DNA of 64,000 bases from an uncultured Gemmatimonadales bacterium (GTDB taxonomy: Bacteria; Gemmatimonadota; Gemmatimonadetes; Gemmatimonadales; Gemmatimonadaceae), in the NCBI GenBank assembly GCA_963793305.1, contig CAWBZV010000005.1, positions 640,001 through 704,000 on the forward strand, in the 5' to 3' direction. Under the pieces are notes generated by a model. The model saw nothing but the letters and a program-made list of their open reading frames with translations, was not told the origin of the DNA and ran no database searches. The translations under genes and the position numbers were made by a program. Below, in pieces: positions 1 through 10,509 of this stretch. Each line of letters opens with the position of its first letter. Position 1 is the stretch's first letter.

Positions 1-1543
1 TATCACGCTCGTCGTGCGCCCGTTCATCACCGGCCGCGGCATCCATACGCTGCACGCCGAAAATCCGTCTTTCGCTTTCGAATCGCAGACGGTGGCGGGA
101 GGCGTCCACTGGCAGCCGTACGAGTCCATGCCGGGCGTGATCTCGCTCGCCAACGGCGCATACAAGCCGGATCCGCAGTGGTATCGCCACGTGCAATACG
201 ATCTCGATCGCGCACGGGGCTACGACTTCGTCGAGGACGTCGGCTCACCTGGCGTCCTGACGTGGTCGCTCTCGTCCGGCGCGGCATCATGGGTGATGGC
301 GGCTGATACCGACGAAGCACGCCAGTGGATCGGCCGCGCGCGCTCGTCGATCGCGTTGTCCGAGCGGGCGCGTCGCGAGGAACGGCGGCGACGCGCGGCG
401 TTGGCGGCTCCGCTCCGGCGCGCCGGCGACCAATACATTGTCCGCCGCGGGCACGGCGAGACGATTCTCGCTGGCTACCCGTGGTTCGGCGATTGGGGAC
501 GCGACACGTGTATCGCGGTTCGTGGTCTCTGTCTTGCAACCGGCCGCCTCGATGTCGCCGAGCGCATCCTGGCCGAGTGGGCGGAACACATATCGCAAGG
601 CATGATACCGAACCGGTTTCCCGAGCATGGCCAGGAGCCCGAGTACAACTCGGTCGACGCGTCCCTGTGGTTCATCATTGCGGTCGACGAGCTGCTCCGA
701 CTGGCCGGACGGGACATCGCGCATGCTGGCCAGCTGATCCTGGCCGTCCTGAACATTGTCGACGCCTATGTCCGGGGCACCCGCTATCACATTCGGGCCC
801 AGGGCGATGGGCTGCTCGCCGCCGGTGACCCGAGCGTGCAGGTCACGTGGATGGACGCCAAGATCGGCGATCGCTGCATGACCTCTCGCGCGGGCAAAGC
901 GGTCGAGATCCAGGCGTTATGGATCAATGCACTCCGGATCGCGGCGGACCTCGATCCCGCGCGGTGCTCCGTATGGATGGAGGGGTTCGAACGCGCCCGC
1001 GCCGCGTTCAGCGAACGGTTCTGGCGTGAGGATGTGGGCTGGTGCTACAACGTCGTCGACACCGACAACGTGAGCGGCGCGGTCGATCCCTCGTTCCGGC
1101 CGAATCAGATTTTCGCGGTCGGCGGATTGCCGAACCAGCTGCTGGGCGGCAACGATGCGCGCCGGTTGGTCGACGCCGTGGAGCAGCGCCTGTGGACGCC
1201 AATGGGACTGCGGACGCTGGCTCCCGATGACCCGGCCTATCGTGGCCGGTATGGCGGCAATCAAGAGCAGCGCGACGAGGCGTACCATCAGGGCACGGTG
1301 TGGCCGTGGCTCGCCGGACCGTTTATCGACGCCTGGGTGCGCGTGCGCGGCGGCACGGATCGCGTACGGCGCGAAGCCCGCGCGAAATTCGTCGAGCCGT
1401 TGATCGCCAGGCTCGATGAAGGGCCGGGCATGGGACACCTGCCGGAAGTCGCCAATGGCGATGCGCCGTTCGAGCCCGGCGGCTCGCCGTTCCAGGCCTG
1501 GTCGGTGGCCGAGTTGCTACGAGTCACGCTGACCGTGGTATGA
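1..1543 (+). CDS. Amylo-alpha-1,6-glucosidase (glycogen debranching enzyme), 5'-truncated by window edge
   Basis: Motifs AGYPWFGDWGRDT, YNSVDASLWF, TWMDAK, GKAVEIQALW, YHQGTVWPWL, FQAWSVAE. Confidence 0.9.
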   Translation, partial: ITLVVRPFITGRGIHTLHAENPSFAFESQTVAGGVHWQPYESMPGVISLANGAYKPDPQWYRHVQYDLDRARGYDFVEDVGSPGVLTWSLSSGAASWVMAADTDEARQWIGRARSSIALSERARREERRRRAALAAPLRRAGDQYIVRRGHGETILAGYPWFGDWGRDTCIAVRGLCLATGRLDVAERILAEWAEHISQGMIPNRFPEHGQEPEYNSVDASLWFIIAVDELLRLAGRDIAHAGQLILAVLNIVDAYVRGTRYHIRAQGDGLLAAGDPSVQVTWMDAKIGDRCMTSRAGKAVEIQALWINALRIAADLDPARCSVWMEGFERARAAFSERFWREDVGWCYNVVDTDNVSGAVDPSFRPNQIFAVGGLPNQLLGGNDARRLVDAVEQRLWTPMGLRTLAPDDPAYRGRYGGNQEQRDEAYHQGTVWPWLAGPFIDAWVRVRGGTDRVRREARAKFVEPLIARLDEGPGMGHLPEVANGDAPFEPGGSPFQAWSVAELLRVTLTVV

Positions 1544-2922
1544 ATGAAGACCGGTTCAATGTCATCATCATCGGGACAGGCCAAGCCGGCGTACCGCTGG
1601 CGGTAGCGTTCGCGCAAGCAGGCCGGCGGACCGCGATTATCGAACGCCGGCACGTTGGCGGAACGTGCGTGAACGAGGGCTGCACGCCGACCAAAACCAT
1701 GGTGGCGAGCGCACGCACCGCGTACGTCGCGCGGCGTGCGGGCGATTACGGCGTGCGCACGGGCTTTGTCAGCGTGGACCTGGCCGCGGTCGTCGCGCGG
1801 AAACGAGCCGTCGTCGAGAGCTTTCGCCATGGTGGCGAGCGACGACTCGCCAACGCCGGCGTCGAGTTGATCCGTGGAAATGCAACGTACGTCGACGCGC
1901 GTACGATTCGGGTCGCGACTGTTGGCGATGCGGCGCGCACGGTGACGTCGCCGCTCTCCGTGATCAATACCGGCGGCCATCCGGCGCGGCCGGACATTCC
2001 CGGACTCGACGAGGTTACGGCGTTCGACTCGATGTCGATCATGGAGCTCACGGCGTTGCCCGATCATCTCATCGTGATCGGTGGCGGCTATGTGGCCGTC
2101 GAGTTCGCGCAGATGTTCCGGCGGTTCGGCAGCCAGGTCACGATCGTCCAGCGCGGCCCGCGCTTGCTCGGGCGAGAAGATCCGGATGTCGCCGATGGCC
2201 TGGCCGAGGTCCTGCGCGGTGAAGGTGTCGAGGTGCTGCTCGGCGCCATGCCGACCCGCATCGAGCCGGGTCGCGAGGCCGCGGTCAGCGTCACGGCCAT
2301 GACCGCCGATGGCGAGCGCATGGTCTCAGGCTCACACCTCCTCCTCGCCACCGGCCGCGACCCGAGTACCGCCACGCTCGGCCTGGACGCGGCGGGCGTC
2401 GAGCGACACGCGCGTGGTTTCGTCAAAGTGAACGAACGCTTGCAGACCACCGCACCCGGCATCTACGCGGCCGGCAACGTCACTGGCGCGCCAGAGTTCA
2501 CGCACGTCTCGTACGACGACTATCGCATCCTGCGGCGCAATCTGCTCGAGCACGGCAATGCGACGACCACGGGCCGCCTGATCCCCTACACGGTCTTTAC
2601 CGACCCGCAACTCGGGCGCATCGGCATGAGCGAGTCCGAGGCCCGCGGCATGGGCCTCAACGTGCGCGTCGCCCGCTTGCCAATGACCTCCGTCGCGCGC
2701 GCGATCGAAATGGACGAGACGCGCGGTTTCATGAAGATCGTCGTCGACGCCGGTACCCAGCGCATCCTCGGCGCCGCGATCCTCGGTGTCGAGGGCGGCG
2801 AGATCATGGGCGCGATCGAGATCGCGATGATGGGTGAACTCCCGTACCCGCGCCTCCGCGACGCCATCTTCGCGCATCCGACCCTGATGGAAGCGCTGAA
2901 CAACGCGTTCGCGACACTATGA
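1540..2922 (+). CDS. Pyridine nucleotide-disulfide oxidoreductase (MerA/RclA-like)
   Basis: GTGQAG FAD motif, GGTCVNEGCTPTK redox disulfide, GGGYVAVE, C-terminal HPTLME; no C-terminal Cys pair. Confidence 0.85.
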   Translation: MNEDRFNVIIIGTGQAGVPLAVAFAQAGRRTAIIERRHVGGTCVNEGCTPTKTMVASARTAYVARRAGDYGVRTGFVSVDLAAVVARKRAVVESFRHGGERRLANAGVELIRGNATYVDARTIRVATVGDAARTVTSPLSVINTGGHPARPDIPGLDEVTAFDSMSIMELTALPDHLIVIGGGYVAVEFAQMFRRFGSQVTIVQRGPRLLGREDPDVADGLAEVLRGEGVEVLLGAMPTRIEPGREAAVSVTAMTADGERMVSGSHLLLATGRDPSTATLGLDAAGVERHARGFVKVNERLQTTAPGIYAAGNVTGAPEFTHVSYDDYRILRRNLLEHGNATTTGRLIPYTVFTDPQLGRIGMSESEARGMGLNVRVARLPMTSVARAIEMDETRGFMKIVVDAGTQRILGAAILGVEGGEIMGAIEIAMMGELPYPRLRDAIFAHPTLMEALNNAFATL

Positions 2923-2963
2923 GACACGCCAAGTACACAGCGCGCTTCGCGCGACCGTCTCCG

Positions 2964-3002
2964 GCGCGAGAACGTGAAGCGCGAGTACGTGAAGCGCGAG
3001 TA
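2964..3002. repeat. Short tandem repeat, 15-bp unit (GCGCGAGWACGTGAA), about 2.6 copies
   Basis: gcgcgagaacgtgaa-gcgcgagtacgtgaa-gcgcgagta read directly in the intergenic region. Confidence 0.6.
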
Positions 3003-3078
3003 TGCGACGCGCTATCAGCCGGAGCTCAAGACGGGCGAAGCGAAGCGAGCCGACGCGAAGCGTCGCTCAGAACCGTAC

Positions 3079-3552
3079 TTAGTCGAGCGAGAAGGGCAGC
3101 ACGACTGGCCCAGTCTTACGACCGTGGCCGCGCCGAGACAGCGCCGGCCAATGGCGCGCCGCATTGTCGAGCGCCGCACGCCGCGCGGCGTCCCACATCG
3201 GATCGAACGTGGTCGCCTCACAATGCGCCCGAACCTCGACCGAGGTCGCAAACGTCGCGCAATGCGCGTCGAGCTGCGCGGCCCCGTCCGCGTCCTCCGT
3301 CGCCAGCCGCTCGCTGATGACAAACCAATTATCGGTCGTCAGGACGACATCGATGCCGACGTTGCGCGAGAGCCTCGCGCCGTCGCGCCCGTCCGCGCGC
3401 CCACGGCCAATGGTCCAGCCAAAGGCCGTACGCGGACCTTCCTCGCTCAACACGAGGATCGACGTCGGGGGACCGAGATGGGCGCGAACGGCTTCCACCG
3501 CGGCGCTGACATTATCGTCCCGAGGTTCTAATATTCGAGCCGGCTCGGACAT
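3079..3552 (-). CDS. Hypothetical protein, paralog of 55825..56238
   Basis: ORF fills the gap between genes and aligns colinearly with a second ORF in this window (GxPT..GP...GWxxG, C-terminal AALDxAxRxWPxL). Confidence 0.7.
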   Translation of the reverse strand: MSEPARILEPRDDNVSAAVEAVRAHLGPPTSILVLSEEGPRTAFGWTIGRGRADGRDGARLSRNVGIDVVLTTDNWFVISERLATEDADGAAQLDAHCATFATSVEVRAHCEATTFDPMWDAARRAALDNAARHWPALSRRGHGRKTGPVVLPFSLD

Positions 3553-3715
3553 ATATAGTAGCGACCTCAAGCGATATCCGGACCATGATGTCGACCCATG
3601 CCAACTACCATGGGCTCATAGCGTTATCTTGCGGTGCGACCCCGTGGAATCCAGGCGTTTGCCGCATTTTGCGGCGTTTCCTCGCGAACTGCGAGACCGG
3701 ATTACTTTCACCACC

Positions 3716-4681
3716 ATGAAAGCCTTTACGCTCGCGTTGTGCCTAACGATCGGTGTCGCGCCCGCGCTCATCCCGAGCACGGCATCAGCACAACCCGCTG
3801 CCGAGCAACAGCAATCCGACAGCGAGAAGCTGCAAGAGATCAAAGTCGGTCACGGCCGCAAGGTGATCCGACCCGGCGGCGACGTCGAGCCGATCTTCGT
3901 CTGGCGCCGCGGCGCGACGCTGGCCACGCTCGTGGCGCTCGCGGGCGCCCTCGTGCTCGCGCTACCGGTCGCCGGCGTCTACGAGTTCACGAACCGCCGG
4001 CGCACGACGCTCGACCGCGGTGTGACGCAGAGCATTCTGTTGCTACCGCCGATCGTCGCCGGGATCGTGATGGTCGTGCAGAATAGCCTGGCGCTCGCGT
4101 TCAGTCTCGCCGGCGTGGCGACGACCGTGCGGTTCCGGAGCTCGCTCAAAGACACGAACGACGCCGCGTACATTTTTCTCGCGATCGCGATCGGCATCGC
4201 CGCGGGCGCGCAAGCGCTGGACGTTGCGACCGTCGTATCCGCCGGCGCATGCGCGGCTGCGCTCTTCGTCTCCGGCCTGTCCGGTATCGTCCACCAACCG
4301 CCCGTGTCAGTCGCGCCCTCGCCGTCCTCGTCATCGTCGCCACCGAAGAAGGCCGACGCGCCCGCGGCCGCCTCTCCCGACGATACCGCGCGCAGCGTCG
4401 CGATCCTCGTCTCGGCGCCGCACGACGAGCACGCGCGATCGGCGGTCGAGTCGTTGCTCGACGGCCTGGCGAAAGACTGGCGCCTCGACACACTCGAGAA
4501 CAACTCGCTTTCGGAAGAGGCGCATCTCCGCTACGTCGTTCGCACGAAGAAGCGTTTGGATGCCGATGCCTTGATCAGCGCCATCAACGCGGCCGGCGCA
4601 TCGCAGGGCATTCACGCCGAGATCGACCACGGTCCGGCACCGGCGAGCGCACCCGTGCCGGCGCCAGCGACGAGCACGTGA
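3716..4681 (+). CDS. DUF4956-family membrane protein with N-terminal signal-like segment
   Basis: NSLALAFSLAGVATTVRFRSSLKDTNDAAYIFLAIAIGIAAG signature; start taken at MKAFTLAL. Confidence 0.8.
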   Translation: MKAFTLALCLTIGVAPALIPSTASAQPAAEQQQSDSEKLQEIKVGHGRKVIRPGGDVEPIFVWRRGATLATLVALAGALVLALPVAGVYEFTNRRRTTLDRGVTQSILLLPPIVAGIVMVVQNSLALAFSLAGVATTVRFRSSLKDTNDAAYIFLAIAIGIAAGAQALDVATVVSAGACAAALFVSGLSGIVHQPPVSVAPSPSSSSSPPKKADAPAAASPDDTARSVAILVSAPHDEHARSAVESLLDGLAKDWRLDTLENNSLSEEAHLRYVVRTKKRLDADALISAINAAGASQGIHAEIDHGPAPASAPVPAPATST

Positions 4682-5766
4682 TTGGGTTACCGGTCATCGC
4701 TTGCGCGATGCTCGCCGCGATCGCGCAGTCGCAGCAGCCGCCGCAGGCCGATACGACCGATGTTGCGCTGTTCCTGATCGGTGACGCGGGCGTCCCGCGT
4801 GTCGGCTTCGAGCCGGTGCTCGCCGCGCTCCAACGCGAAGTGGCCGCCGCGCCCGGCGAACGGGTGATCGTGTTCCTCGGCGACAATATTTACCCCCGCG
4901 GCCTCCCCGACTCCACGGATCTCGCGGGCCGCATCGAGGCCGAGCGTCGCCTCACCGTGCAGGTCGTCGCCGCGGAGTCCTCACACGCCAAGACCATCTT
5001 CGTTCCCGGCAATCACGACTGGGACGCCGAGCGCCCGGACGGTCTGGCGGCCATTCGGCGCGAGGCGGCGTACATTCGTCAGATCAGCCACAACACGGTG
5101 CTGTTTCTTCCAGCGAACGGTTGCCCGGGTCCGGCCGTGTTCGATGCCGGCACACGGGTTCGCCTGCTACTCCTCGATACGCAATGGTGGTTGCACGCTG
5201 GCCCGAAGCCCGAGGGACCGCCCGGGAGCTCCGGTTGTCCAGCCGCGACCTCGGCGGACGTCGTCGATTCGATCCGAACGCATATCGCAACCGCGGGCAA
5301 TCGATCGGTCGTCGTCCTCGCGCATCACCCGATCTATTCCGGCGGCGCACACGGCGAGCATTGGAACATCGGCGATTATCTGGGATCGGCTCCGGTTCTC
5401 CTCCTCCGACGCATGGTGAACTCCCCGCAAGATTTCCGGAACAGCGTCAATACGGCGATGCGGCAGGCGTTATCGAGCGCCTTCGATCCGCTCCCCCCGT
5501 TGCTGTATGTGTCCGGCCACGACCACGGCCTGCAAGTCCTGACCGGCCGACCATCGGCGCACGAGCCGCTGCGCTACATCGTATCCGGCGCGGGCGACTA
5601 CGACCATCTGGATCCCACGCGACGCGTCGACCGCACTCGTTGGGAGCAACGCGCATCGGGCTACGTGCGGGTGGATTTCTATAAGAGTGGGACGGCCCGG
5701 CTCGCCGTTCACGTCGTCGACGCGCAGGGTGGCACGAAAGAAGCTTATACAGAAACTCTACAGTGA
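4678..5766 (+). CDS. Secreted calcineurin-like metallophosphoesterase
   Basis: LIGDAG, LGDNIYP, PGNHDW, HHP, SGHDH motifs; GTG start overlaps the upstream TGA. Confidence 0.85.
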   Translation: MIGLPVIACAMLAAIAQSQQPPQADTTDVALFLIGDAGVPRVGFEPVLAALQREVAAAPGERVIVFLGDNIYPRGLPDSTDLAGRIEAERRLTVQVVAAESSHAKTIFVPGNHDWDAERPDGLAAIRREAAYIRQISHNTVLFLPANGCPGPAVFDAGTRVRLLLLDTQWWLHAGPKPEGPPGSSGCPAATSADVVDSIRTHIATAGNRSVVVLAHHPIYSGGAHGEHWNIGDYLGSAPVLLLRRMVNSPQDFRNSVNTAMRQALSSAFDPLPPLLYVSGHDHGLQVLTGRPSAHEPLRYIVSGAGDYDHLDPTRRVDRTRWEQRASGYVRVDFYKSGTARLAVHVVDAQGGTKEAYTETLQ

Positions 5767-8438
5767 CGAAACGGATATTCTGGTCTCTCGCCAGTTGTTG
5801 TTGCATTGCCTCCGCCTCGGTGCGCGCCCAGAATCCGGGCGCGGACCTGACGACGTCGAAGGACACGAACCGGGGGCCGCATGCCAGGCCCGCGCCGGGC
5901 CACGTCTTTCCCGCGCCACCACCTCCGACGAGTGATGTGCCGGAGTCGGTCACGGTCGTGCCTGGTCCGGAATATCGCGCGTCGTTCTGGCGCAAGTTCT
6001 TCGCGGGTGCGCACAATCGCGATCTATGGACCACGCCGATTCGAGTACAAGTCTTGGATCTGGCGCGATTCGCGGGCGGCCTGACGCCGATCGAGCACGG
6101 CGGCGGCTTGCAAACCGTGTCGTTGCACATGATGGGCGCGAACGGTATCGAATACTCGCTCCGCTCGGTCGACAAGCGCCCGAAGGTGCCCGAGGAGCTG
6201 CAAGGCTCGGTTGTCGAGCAAATCGTCGCCGACCAGACGAGCGCCGGCCATCCCGCCGCACCGCTGATCGTCGCACCGTTGGAGACCGCGGCGCGCGTGC
6301 TCCACGAGGAGCCCGCGTACTACGTGATCCCCGACGATCCACGCCTCGGCGCATTCCGGCACGAGTTCGCGGGGATGCTCGCTGAAGTCGAGGGCCGGCC
6401 CAAGACCAAGGATGGCGAGGAAGGGTTCGGCGACGCTTCGAAAGTCGTGAAGACCGAGAAGCTGCTCGACGACCTGAACGCCAAGAGCGAATCGAACCGC
6501 GTCGACTCCCGCGGTTATCTCACCGCGCGACTGACCGACATGTACGTCGGCGATTTTGACCGTGACGCCTCCCAGTGGCGGTGGGCGCGTTTCGGCGACA
6601 AGGACGACCGGATCTGGAAGCCGATTGCCGTCGATCGGGACTGGGCATTCGCGAAGAGCGATGGCCTCATTGCGTGGATCGCTCGACCGCACCGGCCGGA
6701 GCTCATGATCTTTGGCCCTCACTATCCGTGGCTCTTCGGGTTGATGTTCGAGGAGTGGGACCAAGACCGCCGACTGATGCAAGACCTGCAGCGGCCCGTG
6801 TTCGACTCGACCGCCCGATGGTTGCAGACGGTATGGACCGACTCGGCCATCAAGGACGCGGTCGCACATATGCCGCCCGAGATGCAGGCAAAGCGCGGTC
6901 AGTTCACGACCGAGGCGCTCGAGAAGCGACGCGACAATCTTCCGCGCGAGGCCGACGCGTTCTATCGGGCGATGGCATGGGGCGCGGACGTGCATACGAC
7001 GAGCGAGGCGAGCGTCATCGACATCACCAGGCGCCACGACACGGTCGACGTTCGGATGCGCCTCAAGGACGCCACGCCGGTCGATCCGTACTTCGAGCGG
7101 TCGTTCGTACGCGGTGAGACGCACGAGATCCGAGTCTATCTCGATGCGGGTCCCGACAGCGTCACCGAACGTGGCGGCGGCGACGGCATCAAGATTCGCA
7201 TTCTCGCTGGCGCGAATGGCGATGTCCTGGTCGATTCGACGACCGATAGCCCGGGCCAGACGCGCGTCTATGACTACGGCCACCCGGTGCGCCTGGTCAA
7301 TGCGCACGCCGTCGGCGTCGACAGTCGCCGCTTCATGGGACCCAAGGTGCCGCCCGGCACGCTCGTGCGCGATGTCGGCGAGAAGTGCGAGACCGAGCCC
7401 GGCTTCGCTGGCGGGTCGGACGCTGGCGTGGGCGTCGGGCTCAACATGACGTGCAACGACTACGGGTTTCGCCGGCAGCCGTGGGCGCTGAGCAACAGCT
7501 TCACGATCGGCTATGGCAGCGCGGCCGGCGGCGGAGGACTCGACTACTTGGGCCAGCTTCGTCCCGTCGGGAGCCGCGAGCTCTGGACGTTGCATGCGAC
7601 CGCGGTCACGTCGCAGTTCACGTGGTTCTTTGGCTACGGGAACAATAGCAAATTCGTCGCGGACACCAACCACGGCTTCGGCGAGTCGTTCTACCGGGCG
7701 CGCCAGTCGTACTTCCAGTTCAATCCGGGGCTGACGCTCCCATTCAATGGAACCACATCGCTCACGTTGTCGCCGTTCCTCCGCTATTGGCAGACCGGTA
7801 GGACGGGGACGATACATCATCGACAAAGCCGTACGGTGGCGACGGACCGTTCGGCTCGATCGGTGGGACGGTCGACTTCCGGTACGACACGCGCGACGAC
7901 AGGGGGTACGCGAGGAGCGGCGTGCTACTCAACGTCTTCGGCCGTGGCGTTCCCGATGTCTGGAATGCGCAGGACGTCGTATGGGAAAGTACGGGCAACC
8001 ATTGGCACCTATCTCTCGCCGCCGGCCGACTTCGCGGTGCGGCCGACTCTCGCGCTCCGCATCGGCGGCGAGAAGCTCTGGGGCACGGCGCCCTACGAGG
8101 ACATGGCGCACATCGGCGCCGCCGCCCCCGGCGAGCCGTTCAGCGTGCGTGGCTATATCGCCGACCGCTTCACCGGAACCGCGTCGGCATTCGGCAACGC
8201 GCAAGTCGAGTTGCCGATCTTCCAGCCGCTGATCTTAGTGCGCACCACGTTCGGGCTCATCGCCTTGAACGACATCGGCCGCGTGTGGATGCCGGGCGAG
8301 CACTCCTCGGCGTGGCACGATGGTTACGGTGGCGGTCTGTTCCTCGCGCCATTTTCGGGGAAGGTGACGGCGAATTTTCTCCTGGTCCACGGGACGGACG
8401 GCAACCGATTCTATTTCGGATATGGCACTGGACTCTAG
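5763..8438 (+). CDS. Outer-membrane protein: N-terminal kinase-like domain plus C-terminal Omp85/BamA-type barrel; compensated frameshift near 7800-7980
   Basis: Signal peptide; GGGLQT, LRSVDK, DMYVGDFDRDASQW, PIAVDRD; barrel motifs VRGYIADRFTG and DIGRVW; another frame gives DFRYDTRDDRGYARSG. Confidence 0.75.
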   Translation: MTKRIFWSLASCCCIASASVRAQNPGADLTTSKDTNRGPHARPAPGHVFPAPPPPTSDVPESVTVVPGPEYRASFWRKFFAGAHNRDLWTTPIRVQVLDLARFAGGLTPIEHGGGLQTVSLHMMGANGIEYSLRSVDKRPKVPEELQGSVVEQIVADQTSAGHPAAPLIVAPLETAARVLHEEPAYYVIPDDPRLGAFRHEFAGMLAEVEGRPKTKDGEEGFGDASKVVKTEKLLDDLNAKSESNRVDSRGYLTARLTDMYVGDFDRDASQWRWARFGDKDDRIWKPIAVDRDWAFAKSDGLIAWIARPHRPELMIFGPHYPWLFGLMFEEWDQDRRLMQDLQRPVFDSTARWLQTVWTDSAIKDAVAHMPPEMQAKRGQFTTEALEKRRDNLPREADAFYRAMAWGADVHTTSEASVIDITRRHDTVDVRMRLKDATPVDPYFERSFVRGETHEIRVYLDAGPDSVTERGGGDGIKIRILAGANGDVLVDSTTDSPGQTRVYDYGHPVRLVNAHAVGVDSRRFMGPKVPPGTLVRDVGEKCETEPGFAGGSDAGVGVGLNMTCNDYGFRRQPWALSNSFTIGYGSAAGGGGLDYLGQLRPVGSRELWTLHATAVTSQFTWFFGYGNNSKFVADTNHGFGESFYRARQSYFQFNPGLTLPFNGTTSLTLSPFLRYWQTGRTGTIHHRQSRTVATDRSARSVGRSTSGTTRATTGGTRGAACYSTSSAVAFPMSGMRRTSYGKVRATIGTYLSPPADFAVRPTLALRIGGEKLWGTAPYEDMAHIGAAAPGEPFSVRGYIADRFTGTASAFGNAQVELPIFQPLILVRTTFGLIALNDIGRVWMPGEHSSAWHDGYGGGLFLAPFSGKVTANFLLVHGTDGNRFYFGYGTGL

Positions 8439-10509
8439 CACGATCGCCGAAGTCCCCGGTTGGCGCGCACCCGATGACGATGACACGCACGATACGCTGC
8501 TCGAGTTCAACGCCCACGTCTTGGCACTCGCGCAGCATCCGCGCACGCCCCTCTGCGAGCGCGCGCGCTTTCTCGCCATCCTCGGCGGGAATCTCGACGA
8601 GTTCTTCACCGTCCATGTGGGCGAAGCGAAGGCCTGGCTGGCGGGGAAGGGCGCGTTCGAGCCGGACTTCACGGATACCGACGGCGGAATAGGCGCGCGC
8701 GGTACAAACGTCCAGACGCTGATTCACGACACGATGCAGGCCGCGAAGGGCGCCGGCGCGCTGCTGCATCATGGGCGCGAGTGGTTCCGCACGGAATGCC
8801 GGCCCGCGTTCGCCGACGCTGGTATTCACCTGAGTCGCTGGACCGAGCTCTCGCCCTCATCCAGCGAAATCGCCGAGCGGTACTTCGCGGATCATGTCCT
8901 TCCCGTATTTGCGGGGATCGGCGGCGACGGGCTCCCGCATCTCCCGTCGCTGTCCCTCGCGTTGGTCGTGGTGCGTCAGAGCGACGGCAAGCTGCTCATC
9001 GTGCCCGTTCCCCGCACGCTGCCTCGCGCGATCGAGCTCCAGCCGGGCACCGAGTACATGGCGCTCGAGGAGCTGATGCTGCTCCACGCTCATGTGCTGT
9101 GCCCCGATGCAGGACCCGACGCGAAGGCGTTCGTGGTGCGAGTCACCCGCGCCTCCGATACGCGACTGGGGAAACGGCCGAGCGGCGACCCCGTCTCGGC
9201 GGCCGAGGCCTTGCTCGCACGCCGTGAGCACGCGCCGGTCGTGCGCCTCGAGGTCAACTGCTCGATGCCGCGCGCGATCCGCAAGCAACTCCTGGCGATG
9301 TTCAGCGCCGAGGCGCAGGCGGTTGGCGTGAGCGGCGCGACGCTCGATGCGTGCGACGTCTTCGAGACTGACGGCCCGGTCGTGTCGCTCGATGCGCTCT
9401 CGTCCATCGCGTCGATCAAGCGAGCGGATCTCACGTACCAATCGTTCCGCCAGCGCATCCCGATTCCGGAGTCGCAATCCATCTGGGAGCGGCTGCGCGC
9501 GGGCGATGTGTTCGTCCATTTTCCCTACGACTCGTTCACGGCCTCCGTGGGCCGCATGCTCGAAGACGCCGCCAGCGACCCCAATGTGCGCGCCGTGCGG
9601 TGTACGATCTACCGCACCGAGCGCGACTCCCGGGTGATCTCGGCGCTGGTGCGCGCCGCGCAGGCTGGCAAGGATGTGCTGGTGGTCGTCGAGCTCATGG
9701 CGCGCTTCGACGAGAGCCCGAATCTCCGATGGACCACGATCCTGACCGATGCCGGCTGCCGCGTGGTGCACGCGCCACCGGGCCTCAAGGTGCACGGGAA
9801 GGTCGGGGTCATCGTCCGTCCCGAGGGTTCGTACGGGTTCGTGAGCACGGGCAACCTGAATTCGATCACGGCGGCCCACTACACGGATTTCGCGATCCTC
9901 ACGGCACGCCCGGACATCATCGCCGAGCTCGCGGCGTTATTCGATGATCTCGCGGCGGGCGATGTGACGCGTGCCAAGTACCACCACGTGTTGGTGTCGC
10001 CGTACTCGATGCGCGACCCACTGCTGACGCTCATCGGCCGCGAGGCCGCGCGCGGCGAACAGGGCCGTATTCGCGCGAAGCTCAACGGTCTCGACGACCC
10101 GGAGATCATCGGCGCGTTGTACACGGCGTCCGAAGCGGGCGCGCGTATCGATCTCCTCGTACGCGGGCTCTGCACGCTCAGACCAGGTATTCCGGGTCGT
10201 TCCGAACGAATTACAGTTTCCAGCATTGTGGGCCGGTTCTTGGAGCATGGCCGCATCTATGCTTTCGGCGACGACTACTGGATCGGATCGGCCGACTGGC
10301 GCATGCGCAACTTGATGCACCGCGTCGAGGTTGCCACGCCAATCGTTGACGCGACGGCTCGGCGTCAAGTCGAGGAGATCTTGAGCGCCGAGTTGAACGA
10401 CCCGACGCGATGGATGATGCGCGGCGACGGGTCGTATGCGCAGGACCCGAACGCGGCATTGACCGAGGGGACTCAAGACCGATACGTATCGCGGCTGTCG
10501 CCTGTGTGA
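8422..10509 (+). CDS. ppk1: Polyphosphate kinase 1
   Basis: NLDEFF, HFPYDSF, VELMARFDE, KVHGK (phospho-His), STGNLN, SIVGRFLEHGR, SADWRMRNLMHRVE. Confidence 0.95.
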   Translation: MALDSSTIAEVPGWRAPDDDDTHDTLLEFNAHVLALAQHPRTPLCERARFLAILGGNLDEFFTVHVGEAKAWLAGKGAFEPDFTDTDGGIGARGTNVQTLIHDTMQAAKGAGALLHHGREWFRTECRPAFADAGIHLSRWTELSPSSSEIAERYFADHVLPVFAGIGGDGLPHLPSLSLALVVVRQSDGKLLIVPVPRTLPRAIELQPGTEYMALEELMLLHAHVLCPDAGPDAKAFVVRVTRASDTRLGKRPSGDPVSAAEALLARREHAPVVRLEVNCSMPRAIRKQLLAMFSAEAQAVGVSGATLDACDVFETDGPVVSLDALSSIASIKRADLTYQSFRQRIPIPESQSIWERLRAGDVFVHFPYDSFTASVGRMLEDAASDPNVRAVRCTIYRTERDSRVISALVRAAQAGKDVLVVVELMARFDESPNLRWTTILTDAGCRVVHAPPGLKVHGKVGVIVRPEGSYGFVSTGNLNSITAAHYTDFAILTARPDIIAELAALFDDLAAGDVTRAKYHHVLVSPYSMRDPLLTLIGREAARGEQGRIRAKLNGLDDPEIIGALYTASEAGARIDLLVRGLCTLRPGIPGRSERITVSSIVGRFLEHGRIYAFGDDYWIGSADWRMRNLMHRVEVATPIVDATARRQVEEILSAELNDPTRWMMRGDGSYAQDPNAALTEGTQDRYVSRLSPV

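Noticed and set aside
6024..7826. Long antisense ORFs (also 20014..21162, 32525..34069 off-frame, 59282..60355 and others)
   Set aside because: Shadow ORFs typical of high-GC DNA, overlapping well-supported genes
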